A DNA stretch of 53,353 bases, taken from positions 1 through 53,353 of IMG/VR virus record IMGVR_UViG_3300025425_000027. One strand, 5' to 3'. Within the stretch, counting starts at the first letter, position 1. Each line of letters opens with the position of its first letter. This document shows positions 8,674-17,772 of the stretch, piece by piece. The notes under the pieces were generated by a model. The model saw only the letters and a list, made by a program, of their open reading frames with translations. It ran no database searches and was not told where the DNA came from. The stretch is from a virus. Lineage: Duplodnaviria > Caudoviricetes. The translations under genes were made by a program, and so were the position numbers.

Positions 8674-10041
8674 TTAAATTTCCTTCTGTTTATAGAGAAC
8701 TGTCCAGTCTGTTGTCTTGCAGAACAAACCAATAGACCAGCAAATTGGTTCTAAGATCTTGCGGTACACTTTGCCAAGGTAGTCTGGCTTGTCACGCTTA
8801 CCGTAGATGTATGCGATCTCATTGGCGCGGTGTCCAGCAACGTGCGTCCAGAAGTTGACCAAGCGGCCCTTACGCATCTGACGCACCATCCAGACAGCCC
8901 AGACGTGATACCCAGCAACGTGCTGCGGCGTCAGGTAATCTTCGGTGAATTTGTAGTCCAAAACCACTTGCTTGCGGGTCATGATGCCTTGACGCATGAG
9001 TTCATTACAGATCACGCGGCCACCTATCGCACCGCCGATAAATCCACCAATGCCCGGCAATAATGCATTTCCAATGTAAGAACCAAAACCAACTTTTGCC
9101 CCAGTTTTTATAGATTCCTTGAGGTTTTTACCAGCAATCAAATTTGCCGCTACTGTAGCTAGACCCACGCCAGCAGATCCGTATAAGTTTGACCTACCTG
9201 CCGCTGACAGCCCTCCGTCTTCACCTCCGAAGCCAAGACGATCTGTGACACCACCAAAATATCCTTTAACACCAGTTCCAGTCAGTGGTCCTGTGGCTCT
9301 ATCTACAGCTAATTTCCTTGCTTCAGCTTTTTGCCTCATTTTAATAGCTTCTGGTGAGTTGCCTTGAACATTAAGTCGCTCAAGAAAATCTGGATCATTT
9401 ATTTCCGCCTGCAATGCTTCTGCATCAGTTCCACTTATAGTGCCTTTTCCAGCCGCAAGATTTGCATTTTTAGTGTCAGGACTGAATTGGACATAAGAAG
9501 AAGATCCGTCTTTCGGAGTTTTAAAAATATCCAGAGGAGAATCAAAATTAGATGTAAAATCAGTAAAACCTTCAGAAAATTTATCAACTCCCCCAGCGGC
9601 AGCGACTGATCGACCAAACTGCCCACCAAGTCCAGCCGCTACCTGAGTTACCGCAGCAATACCCTCTTGCTTGTATTGCTCGCGCATTGCCTCTTCTGCT
9701 GACATGCCTGTCTCAGCGGAAAAATCAGCACTTAGACGTGCCACTTCTTCTTCGCTGATCTGATCTTCTTCTGGGTCAAACGTGACCTCACCTGTCTGCT
9801 TTTGCGAGATCCAGCGGAACATTGGCATATATTTTGTGCCGTAGACGTTCTGCATTTCTTCCAAATCAAATGTCGGTGTGTTTGATTGCAACTGATATGT
9901 TGGAACAGTTATCGTGCCGTCTTCGTTTGTGACAACAGCCGTCCGATCTTCATCTGGACTGCTGTAATCGCCACCGGGCAATGCGCCAAGCGCACCATCT
10001 GGGATAAGGTTAGATCCTAATACGATTGGTTGATACGCCAT
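8674..10041 (-). CDS. Internal virion protein with glycine zipper and C-terminal VICxEL domain
   Basis: LLPGIGGFIGGAIGG followed by RVICNELMRQG...GYHVWA. Confidence 0.6.
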   Translation of the reverse strand: MAYQPIVLGSNLIPDGALGALPGGDYSSPDEDRTAVVTNEDGTITVPTYQLQSNTPTFDLEEMQNVYGTKYMPMFRWISQKQTGEVTFDPEEDQISEEEVARLSADFSAETGMSAEEAMREQYKQEGIAAVTQVAAGLGGQFGRSVAAAGGVDKFSEGFTDFTSNFDSPLDIFKTPKDGSSSYVQFSPDTKNANLAAGKGTISGTDAEALQAEINDPDFLERLNVQGNSPEAIKMRQKAEARKLAVDRATGPLTGTGVKGYFGGVTDRLGFGGEDGGLSAAGRSNLYGSAGVGLATVAANLIAGKNLKESIKTGAKVGFGSYIGNALLPGIGGFIGGAIGGRVICNELMRQGIMTRKQVVLDYKFTEDYLTPQHVAGYHVWAVWMVRQMRKGRLVNFWTHVAGHRANEIAYIYGKRDKPDYLGKVYRKILEPICWSIGLFCKTTDWTVLYKQKEI

Positions 10042-10364
10042 TAGTTTATCTCCAGTAAGCTGGCCACTACATGCAACCGATTAGCTGTCGCTGCCGTGAC
10101 TTTTAGTATTTCGTTTTCCTCAACAACCAGCGGCTCCGTCAAAAGTTCTATAGTTGTATTAGCAGCAACTGCCGTAACTTTGAAGAGAGAAAAAATTGCT
10201 GCGCTGGCGTCTGTTATTGTGACTGTGATCGTGTCTGCATTGCCAGTATCCTCAGACACCAAGATAGATTTAACCAAGGTTGTTGTCGCGCCGGGGGCGG
10301 TGTACAGAACCGTGGCGTTTGTGCTTGTCAGGTCAACTTTTGCATTCTTATAACTATTAGGCAT
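10041..10364 (-). CDS. Small beta-rich virion protein
   Basis: LYTAP...VKSILVS...LVVEENEILKVTA pattern typical of tail-associated proteins; TAATG coupling. Confidence 0.65.
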   Translation of the reverse strand: MPNSYKNAKVDLTSTNATVLYTAPGATTTLVKSILVSEDTGNADTITVTITDASAAIFSLFKVTAVAANTTIELLTEPLVVEENEILKVTAATANRLHVVASLLEIN

Positions 10365-10549
10365 TACGATATAAACCACGCTGTAGCTTCGGCCTGATCA
10401 ACGGCCACTTGAAGGCCAGTTGACGCCGCAAAGTAAGTCGCCTGCTTTTCAAGCTCAAGGGTGTTGGTCAGTCGGTTCATATAACCGCGATTGTATTGGC
10501 TTGGCGGCGTGGGTAGCCGCAACACCGCAAGTGGAGATCCCTGTGCCAT
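10364..10549 (-). CDS. Small tail-associated protein
   Basis: LPTPPSQY motif; follows the tail hub gene. Confidence 0.6.
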   Translation of the reverse strand: MAQGSPLAVLRLPTPPSQYNRGYMNRLTNTLELEKQATYFAASTGLQVAVDQAEATAWFIS

Positions 10550-12450
10550 TATCGCAGCCCATCCTGTCTTGAGTTAACTCTAAAATCGCCCAGCGTCCAA
10601 TCGTCTTGGGTTCCCGTGCTTTGGAACTTGAGCGCGATCTGACGGCCCTTGGCGCGGGTGCTTACTTTATCAGTTGTTGACGTAATCGTGAACGGCCCCT
10701 TTGTCACCTCAGTGGCATTGGGGTATTTGCGTGTGTTCATGTACAGCGACAGAGACGTGCTAGATGTCATGGTTACATCTGGGATGACCTGATCCACCAT
10801 GTATAGCGTCTCGCCATCTTGACTGATCTCGCGTGGCGCACCTTCAATGTAGCTGTTCATAGCCGCGCCATCGGCACTTGTGCCTGTCTCTTGGTTGTAC
10901 AGGTATCCATCTGGATCAAACGCAAACGGGACAACTTTAGCCCCAAAGCTGTCGCTCCAAACCGTGCGATCCATTGTGCCTACTGACCAGCAATTCTCTG
11001 CATAATTAAATGTGACATATGAATCTGGCTCTGGGTTTATCGTCCCCGCAGGGTTGTCATTTGAGACATAGAACCAAGTGATTTCTTTGAACTCTTTATT
11101 GTGTCCCACGGTTGTCTTTTCAATAAAAGATGTCTGAAGTCGATCAGCGACATAATACTGAACGGGGCATGGCAGCTCATTAACAATACCATCATATTTG
11201 AAAAAGTTTCTCTTTCCCATCCAGTAGACATCACCATCGACACTTATCATTGTGTTGAGGCCAGCGGCCCCAGAATCCGTGGCTAGAAGGCGGAATGAGA
11301 ATATGAAGTCTCCGCCAACAAAGGTCATGCCATACACAGCTTCATCTGTAGATATGATCGTTTCTTCACGGGCAGGAACCATCGCCACGATTTTTGTGCC
11401 AATTTCCAAACGCTGGTCACCAGCCGTGTTGACTGCTGTGGGAGCAAACTTAGTAAACTCTTCTTGGCTCGACCAGCGCACCAGCATGTTATCGACATTT
11501 CCAGAGCTGTATGATGTGCATCCACCTGCAATGAAGTGTCGGTCAGGGAATGACACTGTGGTCACTCGCACCACGCTAGGGACGCTCTGAGCGCCTGCTA
11601 TAGATGACGCAAGCACTGCACGGTCTGCTATGCCCCCAGATGTATCCCAGTAATAGATTGCGCCCCCACGAACTGTGGCTAGAAGGTCTTCGCCCCAAAG
11701 CGATAGGTTCCAAGAGCTGTTATCCAGAGACACAGTGCTTTCTGAGGCGGATCTTGGCGTACCCCATGCCTCGTTACCCCATCCACCAGCGCCCCAACCC
11801 AATGCTGGGGCCGCGCTTTGGACGCCCAGCCCATTATTTAGCCCGATCAGATATTTGATAGTGACTGTCCCGCCGCCTGCCGCGACAGTTGAGGAGGCCG
11901 CAGATGGGACAACAATGGTGTAAGAATCCGCATTAATGCGAGTTATCTGATAGCCATAGTAAGAATTTAAAGTGTCAGCAGAGATGCCGCCAGTAGCTGT
12001 TGTTCCGCTGAGAACAACCCAATCACCCGTCAACGCCCCGTGCGCGGTGTCTGTAATCGTTACGGTTGTGCTTCCATTTGTAGTCGCCACTGGGTTGGTC
12101 AAGCCAGTTTGTGTCGCCCGAAGTGGCGTTATATCGTAGATTGCGCCATTCTCAATAATAAGAAGGTGATTGTGCGTACCGACAGCCAGACGGTCCACGC
12201 CATCCACAGCGGCCCTCCAGTAAAGCATACGGCGAGCGATGCCTTCTATGGTTGTTTCCGTAGTAGTAATATCGCCACTTGGGCTAATTTCGTGGAGTTC
12301 GTCTTTCTGCCAGCCGCCCAACTTTTCAGGGTAGCCGTTCTTAAAACGCACAAGATCACTATCAACCCAAAACGGGCCGTTCTTGCCAGCAGCATACTCA
12401 GTGATGTCCTTTACGACACCGGGGTTATATTTTAAGAGCTGCAATGGCAT
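10549..12450 (-). CDS. Tail hub/nozzle (P22 gp10-like packaged-DNA stabilisation protein)
   Basis: WVDSDLVRFKNGYPEKLGGW start, VRWSSQE, RAKGRQIALKF end; beta-propeller-like, with an inserted beta domain. Confidence 0.75.
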   Translation of the reverse strand: MPLQLLKYNPGVVKDITEYAAGKNGPFWVDSDLVRFKNGYPEKLGGWQKDELHEISPSGDITTTETTIEGIARRMLYWRAAVDGVDRLAVGTHNHLLIIENGAIYDITPLRATQTGLTNPVATTNGSTTVTITDTAHGALTGDWVVLSGTTATGGISADTLNSYYGYQITRINADSYTIVVPSAASSTVAAGGGTVTIKYLIGLNNGLGVQSAAPALGWGAGGWGNEAWGTPRSASESTVSLDNSSWNLSLWGEDLLATVRGGAIYYWDTSGGIADRAVLASSIAGAQSVPSVVRVTTVSFPDRHFIAGGCTSYSSGNVDNMLVRWSSQEEFTKFAPTAVNTAGDQRLEIGTKIVAMVPAREETIISTDEAVYGMTFVGGDFIFSFRLLATDSGAAGLNTMISVDGDVYWMGKRNFFKYDGIVNELPCPVQYYVADRLQTSFIEKTTVGHNKEFKEITWFYVSNDNPAGTINPEPDSYVTFNYAENCWSVGTMDRTVWSDSFGAKVVPFAFDPDGYLYNQETGTSADGAAMNSYIEGAPREISQDGETLYMVDQVIPDVTMTSSTSLSLYMNTRKYPNATEVTKGPFTITSTTDKVSTRAKGRQIALKFQSTGTQDDWTLGDFRVNSRQDGLR

Positions 12451-12463
12451 AAACAATATTCCT

Positions 12464-13285
12464 TTAGGACAGCATTGCGTTATAAGTCTTCGGGCCTACG
12501 ATCCCATCAGCAACAAGATCTTTACTTTCCTGCCACGCCTGAACCGCCTTTTGCGTCATTATACCAAAAACTCCATCCGTTTCCAGTCCTAATGCGGACT
12601 GCACCTTTTCAACTTCTTTGCCAGTTGATCCAACCTTTAATAGGATAGGCGCACGGACAACAACGTAGCTGCCACCTAAGATGTCCAGAGAGCGTTTGTA
12701 GTGGTGCTTTCGATCAGCAAGGCCAATCGTTCCGCCATTAATTTTTTTGGTCGCCTTAACAACATCCTGAGCGTCTGCGTGGCGGTTTAAGTTGTTTTCA
12801 TCCCAAAACCAGCAAGCACTTTCCAACGCGCCGCGCTTGGTTCCAAGGTATTCGATTGTGTCATCTAGATCCATGCCAACGCTCTTCGCAAAGGCAGATA
12901 CGTTGTCGAAGCCCGTCAATTGGATGACGCCTTTTCCCGAAAATTTCCAGCCATCCCCGCTCGACGGCGGTCCATTACCCATGCGGCTCGCATATACGAT
13001 ATTAGCAATCTTTTCGGGCTGACGATGGTATTCTTGAGCATCGCGCCCAGCACGTTCAAAATATTTAGGGAAGATAGCGTTAAGGCCCTTGGCAGAATAA
13101 TTAAGGTTTTCTTTTAGAACTTTGAAGTTCAGGCTTTCATGGCCACACTGAGCAACGAACATTGCAATTCTATCTTCGGTGTTCACACCATATTTTGGCA
13201 AAAGTTCTTGCATGGGTTCGACCCAGCTTTCCCAATCATCGTTGCCATGAAGCAAGTGCTTTACCTGTGAAGAAGTTAAGATCAT
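12464..13285 (-). CDS. Endolysin: GH19 domain plus C-terminal peptidoglycan-binding domain
   Basis: AQCGHES, ENLNYS, GDGWKFSGKGVIQLTG, TKKINGG; DGVFG..T..AV...Q...L..DGIVG. Confidence 0.93.
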   Translation of the reverse strand: MILTSSQVKHLLHGNDDWESWVEPMQELLPKYGVNTEDRIAMFVAQCGHESLNFKVLKENLNYSAKGLNAIFPKYFERAGRDAQEYHRQPEKIANIVYASRMGNGPPSSGDGWKFSGKGVIQLTGFDNVSAFAKSVGMDLDDTIEYLGTKRGALESACWFWDENNLNRHADAQDVVKATKKINGGTIGLADRKHHYKRSLDILGGSYVVVRAPILLKVGSTGKEVEKVQSALGLETDGVFGIMTQKAVQAWQESKDLVADGIVGPKTYNAMLS

Positions 13286-13737
13286 TTGTTTGCTCCCATA
13301 AATTTACTTACACTTCTCTGCCCGAACCAAAACGCTATGATTGCGCTGAACAAAGCCTGTGTTTCATCATCAAACATCAGCGGAACTGCGTCTTGCCAAT
13401 CGTTGCCAGCTTCCATTGCCTTTAATAGTATGACCGCTTTGACGGATAGGAATAAAGCAAAAAAAGCATAAGTAATAACAGGCCGTACAGATGCGGATAA
13501 TCCTGCGGCAAAGCCGCTACGAGGGTTAGCAAATTCATATAAAGCCTTCGTTTCTGCAATCTCAGCTTGCTTATCTAGTTTCTGGATGTCGTGCGTAACG
13601 CCAAGGGCCGCGAGTTCGCCCTGTAGTTTAAGTTCTTCAATTCGGTTTTTGTGATCCTGTTTCTTTTGAAAGAACCCCAGCACTTGGGGAAGGAACGATG
13701 TCCCAAAGCCCAACGCGCTACCTAATAAAGCTATCAT
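13282..13737 (-). CDS. Holin (GTA-holin 3TM-like)
   Basis: SVRPVITY...IIAFWFGQR; adjacent to the endolysin. Confidence 0.75.
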   Translation of the reverse strand: MIALLGSALGFGTSFLPQVLGFFQKKQDHKNRIEELKLQGELAALGVTHDIQKLDKQAEIAETKALYEFANPRSGFAAGLSASVRPVITYAFFALFLSVKAVILLKAMEAGNDWQDAVPLMFDDETQALFSAIIAFWFGQRSVSKFMGANK

Positions 13738-14048
13738 TCTTTCTTACCTCCCAGCTTAGAAAATCCAAAGAATGCCCCAACCAGCGCAGATACGGATACA
13801 AAATAAACCCCAGCGATACTAGCAAGAGAGTTCATCGCTTGATCCAGCCCCATAATAGCGCACAGGACTATAGCGAAGGGATAAAGCAGCATTCCAGACA
13901 GAGCAAACCAAGTCATCTTACGCTGGGCATCTCGCTGGGCATCTTCGTCATCAAGCACACGCTTCCGGTTTTCTAGGGCCAGAGCGTCCCACTCAGACTT
14001 ATCTATGTTGCCAGATCCGTCACTGTCGGCCTTTTCAAACTCAGTCAT
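13734..14048 (-). CDS. EF-hand plus 2-TM membrane protein (holin/antiholin-like)
   Basis: Canonical EF-hand loop DSDGSGNIDKSE; two hydrophobic helices; basic C-terminus. Confidence 0.7.
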   Translation of the reverse strand: MTEFEKADSDGSGNIDKSEWDALALENRKRVLDDEDAQRDAQRKMTWFALSGMLLYPFAIVLCAIMGLDQAMNSLASIAGVYFVSVSALVGAFFGFSKLGGKKE

Positions 14049-14057
14049 ATCAATCTC

Positions 14058-14570
14058 CTAATCAGCCAAAGGATTGTCTAATGCACGTTGCAATTTACCC
14101 ATAAGCCTGTCCTCAAGTTCCTTCATATCCGCGTCTTGACTGCTTCTAACACGTTCTCTCTGATTTTCAAAACGAACTTCAGCAGCGTCAATCATAGCGC
14201 GGACCTTGTCTTCCATCTCCCGAACCATGTCTTCTATACGGTCAGTCTGCTGTTCGATCCGCAAAATGTCATCCGTCAGGCCATTCTTGATGGCACGGGA
14301 ATACTCGACGCCCTCCTCAACCTTCTCAGCAATGCCAAGCATTCGAGCGTCCATAACTTCCATTTGCTGTTGATACTCCCCAATATCAAGCCCTGCTACC
14401 TCTTCAATCTTTTGATACAGTACAAAGCCACCGTACAAACCACCAACTACCGTAGATATGAAAGCAAAGATTGCAAAGATAGATGCGAAGGTAAACTTAA
14501 AACCACCTGCCTTGATCTCGCGGTCTGCGAGGCCATCAATGTTATCTGCAACTTTAGTCAGATCAGTCAT
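14058..14570 (-). CDS. Membrane-anchored coiled-coil protein
   Basis: One N-terminal TM (FTFASIFAIFAFISTVVGG), long heptad region ending ALDNPLAD. Confidence 0.75.
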   Translation of the reverse strand: MTDLTKVADNIDGLADREIKAGGFKFTFASIFAIFAFISTVVGGLYGGFVLYQKIEEVAGLDIGEYQQQMEVMDARMLGIAEKVEEGVEYSRAIKNGLTDDILRIEQQTDRIEDMVREMEDKVRAMIDAAEVRFENQRERVRSSQDADMKELEDRLMGKLQRALDNPLAD

Positions 14571-15004
14571 CAGTTTTCAAACTCCATTTCGCCTTCATCG
14601 TTTTCACCTGATTCCTGCAACTTTTTAAGCTGTTGCAGTTCAGCGCGAAGCATTTGAATTTCAAGGCGTCTGTGGGTTAGCTCCATTTGAAACAAGTCAT
14701 CACAATTCACACGGCTTTTAGGCTTATCTAAAGGAATAACGACACGCGCATAAAGGCCAATGTCCTTACCCTGCCCAACGCCGTTTCCAATGTCGGTTAT
14801 AACACCCGTAACACCCCACTCAAGTGTCGTGCCGCCGCCGACAGCATTGCTACAATCCAGATTACCAGCGCGAAAACGATCAGATTGATAGTTCATCGGT
14901 GCGCTTGGGAGTTGGAGCGCAAGCGAACTGCTTTCCGATCTCGCCTCAAGAACGCTAATGAAAATTATAAACGATACCATCCAGAAAACTACATACCATT
15001 TCAT
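14570..15004 (-). CDS. Exported protein with Cys-flanked amphipathic beta-hairpin and coiled coil
   Basis: Signal peptide; C...TLEWGVTGV...IGLYARVVIPL...C, then a heptad helix. Confidence 0.7.
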   Translation of the reverse strand: MKWYVVFWMVSFIIFISVLEARSESSSLALQLPSAPMNYQSDRFRAGNLDCSNAVGGGTTLEWGVTGVITDIGNGVGQGKDIGLYARVVIPLDKPKSRVNCDDLFQMELTHRRLEIQMLRAELQQLKKLQESGENDEGEMEFEN

Positions 15005-15387
15005 GGCCTAGCCCCATCAACTCGCGAACATATCCTAGAGGAGATTACCGTCTTGACGCCAGCCTTCTTTAGCATCTTGGATGTTGTGCATAGATACACC
15101 GCCCGAACTAAATCAGCTTTTCTTATGTAGACTGAAAAGTCTTGCCGCTCCTCATGTTTTACCTTTAAAACTCTGTACTTTGTGGCAAAGGGTACGTTGA
15201 TCCAGTCAGCATCGAAGAGGGCGATCTTATAATACTTAACGTCAGATCGGTAATTAAACAAAGACATCTCTGCCTTCATTACCCCCTCAACGTAGGAAGG
15301 TTTTAGAGTTGGATAGGCAGGCGTCATTTCATGTGCCGCCAAAGCAGAAGACCAGACAAGAAACAACAGTGATGCTTTAGTTAGCAA
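15001..15387 (-). CDS. Exported Ig-like protein (PapD-chaperone-like)
   Basis: Signal peptide ending ALAA; beta-rich (MSLFN...YYKIALFD); 2 Cys; TTG start. Confidence 0.6.
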   Translation of the reverse strand: MLTKASLLFLVWSSALAAHEMTPAYPTLKPSYVEGVMKAEMSLFNYRSDVKYYKIALFDADWINVPFATKYRVLKVKHEERQDFSVYIRKADLVRAVYLCTTSKMLKKAGVKTVISSRICSRVDGARP

Positions 15388-15865
15388 TGCACTCTGCCTG
15401 TACGATGGCGGTATAACTTCCGCCGGGGAACGCTTTATCTACACCATAAATAGCAGTTGAGCTTGTATCGAACCAAGTGCTGCCAGCTACAGTTAAACTG
15501 AAATCAGTAGTAGCACCGTAAACAACTTTGTTGGTGTCATATGCTGACATGGTGGCATCTGTAGTTTGTCCTACAGCAGTAGAGCCAGTCCAATTAACAG
15601 TGTCCGTGAGCGTTGGCGAAGATGAAAAAGCTGTAGGCGATGTAATCCGCGCAGTATAGTAATTTGCAACGGCTACATCATACCTAACTATAGGGACAAC
15701 TCCACCATCAGCCGGAAGCGTAGACAGCTTTGTAGCCGTAGGGTTGCCATAAACACCCGGCGTGTCCGTTTGGATGATGCACTTTGCCTCAATGTTGCCA
15801 ACAATTTCTACTTCGGCAAGCGCAGGGAAAGCGCACATTGAAAGAATTAAAACAGGATACTTCAT
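15377..15865 (-). CDS. Exported fimbrial-subunit-like protein
   Basis: Signal peptide ending ALA; EVEIVGNIEAKCII N-terminus; Thr/Ser-rich beta strands; GGSYTAIVQAEC C-terminus. Confidence 0.65.
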   Translation of the reverse strand: MKYPVLILSMCAFPALAEVEIVGNIEAKCIIQTDTPGVYGNPTATKLSTLPADGGVVPIVRYDVAVANYYTARITSPTAFSSSPTLTDTVNWTGSTAVGQTTDATMSAYDTNKVVYGATTDFSLTVAGSTWFDTSSTAIYGVDKAFPGGSYTAIVQAECIAN

Positions 15866-15873
15866 ATTGGACC

Positions 15874-16746
15874 TCATTCATCATATTGCATCTGCACCAT
15901 TTGTTCATGCAGCAATTGTTGCGCTAAATTATTTCTCAGTGCCTTACTATTATCGGGTAAATTAGCATCCGTCAAAGTTTTGACATCTCCGTATCTTCCA
16001 CCGTTTATCGTTGAATTATAGTACATAGCCAAATCAGTTTGGAGATTAATTGCGTTTATTATCTCAGCTTGGCCCTGCACCCGCAGCATTGTTAGCGCAT
16101 TATTGGACGCAGTAAGTCCCATTTCCAGCCTTGTCTCTTTTTCTTCATCGTCATCGTCAACGATACGGTTTCCATCCTGATCATATTTAAAGTTAGTGTC
16201 GCTGTCTAAAGCTGCAAGGATAAGTTCGTCCTCAAGAGTGTTATAAACCTCAACATCAACTACGGGAGGCGCAGGCTTAACGTAACCTACACAGCCGGAG
16301 TTTAATTGCGGATCGTAACACGCATCAATCCGGTAGCTGTAAACCACAACCGCATCCTGAACGCTTCCCGTACCGTCAACAGATATAGAACCGTTACCCC
16401 AATTCACACCGGGGGTATTGCCTAACGCAAATGATTTGGTGATCCGGTTGCCGGGAACGCCGCTCCAATCGTCAGTTTCTCTAAAAATATACCCACTGCC
16501 CAGAGCATTTAGATTGCTTACATGGACCTTCATGGCGTCTTCGGTATTCTTGACTGTTGTGTAGCGATATATAAGGCCATTTATGTCTAAGCCCGTCACA
16601 GAGGGCAGTACAGACCCCATTGACCAGTTTAGGCCACTGTATGCAGCGTTGCCCGTTGCACCGTATGTAAACGGCTCAGAGTAAGAGGAGGAGGCCAAGA
16701 GCGCCAAGTACAGCGCCAACACCAACCTTGGTGTCCTTATCAACAT
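15874..16746 (-). CDS. Exported protein (beta-sandwich, acidic linker, helical tail)
   Basis: Signal peptide; CYDPQLNSGC; DDDDEEKE linker. Confidence 0.7.
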   Translation of the reverse strand: MLIRTPRLVLALYLALLASSSYSEPFTYGATGNAAYSGLNWSMGSVLPSVTGLDINGLIYRYTTVKNTEDAMKVHVSNLNALGSGYIFRETDDWSGVPGNRITKSFALGNTPGVNWGNGSISVDGTGSVQDAVVVYSYRIDACYDPQLNSGCVGYVKPAPPVVDVEVYNTLEDELILAALDSDTNFKYDQDGNRIVDDDDEEKETRLEMGLTASNNALTMLRVQGQAEIINAINLQTDLAMYYNSTINGGRYGDVKTLTDANLPDNSKALRNNLAQQLLHEQMVQMQYDE

Positions 16747-17233
16747 TATTAAACATACCTTTTATAGCACCCTTGTCCATCTTCTGAGCGGGTTCGATAC
16801 TGTCCTCCGCCTCCCATGCCATCGTAGCAGCATCGCCTATTAGACCTCTAATTGGGCAGGGCGTCCCGGCATTCTTCATGGCAAGTTTTACGTTTGCATC
16901 TTGGCACATTACCGATACAGCCGCCACTTTCATGCCCATATCATACATAGTCTTAGCGTTCTTTAAGCGTAAGCAGTTCTCTTCGGTGTAAACCTTGCCC
17001 ACTGATATGCCAAGAATTTGGGTTTGTACTGCACCAGATACGCCAATCGTGCAAAGATCGCCCGTCCCAGTGCTGATTTGTGGGGATATTGCAGAGGGTG
17101 GAGGGCTGCGAACCGTGGTGTCCATTGTCCCAGACGAAGTTACATTACTGTCGCTATATACCGTGTCCGAAACTTGGGCATTGGCTAGGCCACCCGTCAA
17201 GATAAAAACCAATATGGCGATTAGGCGAGCCAT
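16676..17233 (-). CDS. Exported 4-Cys protein with beta-hairpin and C-terminal TM
   Basis: Signal peptide ending ANA; DLCTIGVSGAVQTQILGISVG...ENC...MCQD...TPCP; hydrophobic C-terminus. Confidence 0.75.
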   Translation of the reverse strand: MARLIAILVFILTGGLANAQVSDTVYSDSNVTSSGTMDTTVRSPPPSAISPQISTGTGDLCTIGVSGAVQTQILGISVGKVYTEENCLRLKNAKTMYDMGMKVAAVSVMCQDANVKLAMKNAGTPCPIRGLIGDAATMAWEAEDSIEPAQKMDKGAIKGMFNNVDKDTKVGVGAVLGALGLLLLL

Positions 17234-17424
17234 TACATCCTCATTAGGACCGTGACTAAAAGACCAATAATGGACGCAGCCGCAGCAATCATAATGGATT
17301 CCAACCTCTTGATTCTAATGTACAAATCTTTGAATTGAATTTTAACCTCAGTTTTAATTGCGATGACTTCCTTTTCCAATCCATCAATCCGTGCATGAGC
17401 TGAGCTTACTGTTCTTTTGTCCAT
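17233..17424 (-). CDS. Small coiled-coil plus C-terminal TM protein (XhlA/holin-like)
   Basis: RIKRLESIMIAAAASIIGLLV. Confidence 0.65.
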   Translation of the reverse strand: MDKRTVSSAHARIDGLEKEVIAIKTEVKIQFKDLYIRIKRLESIMIAAAASIIGLLVTVLMRM

Positions 17425-17762
17425 TAAACTTCAACCTTATCCCAGCTTGTTGTGTCTTCGTTCCACTCATAAGAATAACCATCGTCAGGGTAATCTACTG
17501 GGGCCACCCACAAAAAAGTATTATTATCCAGCGTCCAGCTTGGATACACTTGAGGTTCATAAAAAACATCTAAAGTTGAATCGTAAATAAACCCAATCCC
17601 AGCGTAGTTTTTACGCAAAGGAGTGCCGCCCAAAACGTGGACGCCGCCTTTTGTATTGTACGATGTTTGAACCCAAGTTACTTCTTGAGTGTCGATAAAG
17701 TCTTGCTCTGCAACGATTACGTTGGTCACAATCCCATCTTCTATTTTTGCATAATGTGACAT
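17424..17762 (-). CDS. Tail fibre-associated protein
   Basis: HYAKI...VTNVIV...WVQTSYN...RKNYAGIG...WNE motifs; follows the Gly-rich fibre gene. Confidence 0.7.
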   Translation of the reverse strand: MSHYAKIEDGIVTNVIVAEQDFIDTQEVTWVQTSYNTKGGVHVLGGTPLRKNYAGIGFIYDSTLDVFYEPQVYPSWTLDNNTFLWVAPVDYPDDGYSYEWNEDTTSWDKVEV

Positions 17763-17772
17763 GATTAGTTTC

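Noticed and set aside
15377-15865. Lipoprotein (o-spanin) call from LSMC
   Set aside because: Met at -1 does not fit a lipobox; an ALA signal peptidase I site follows.
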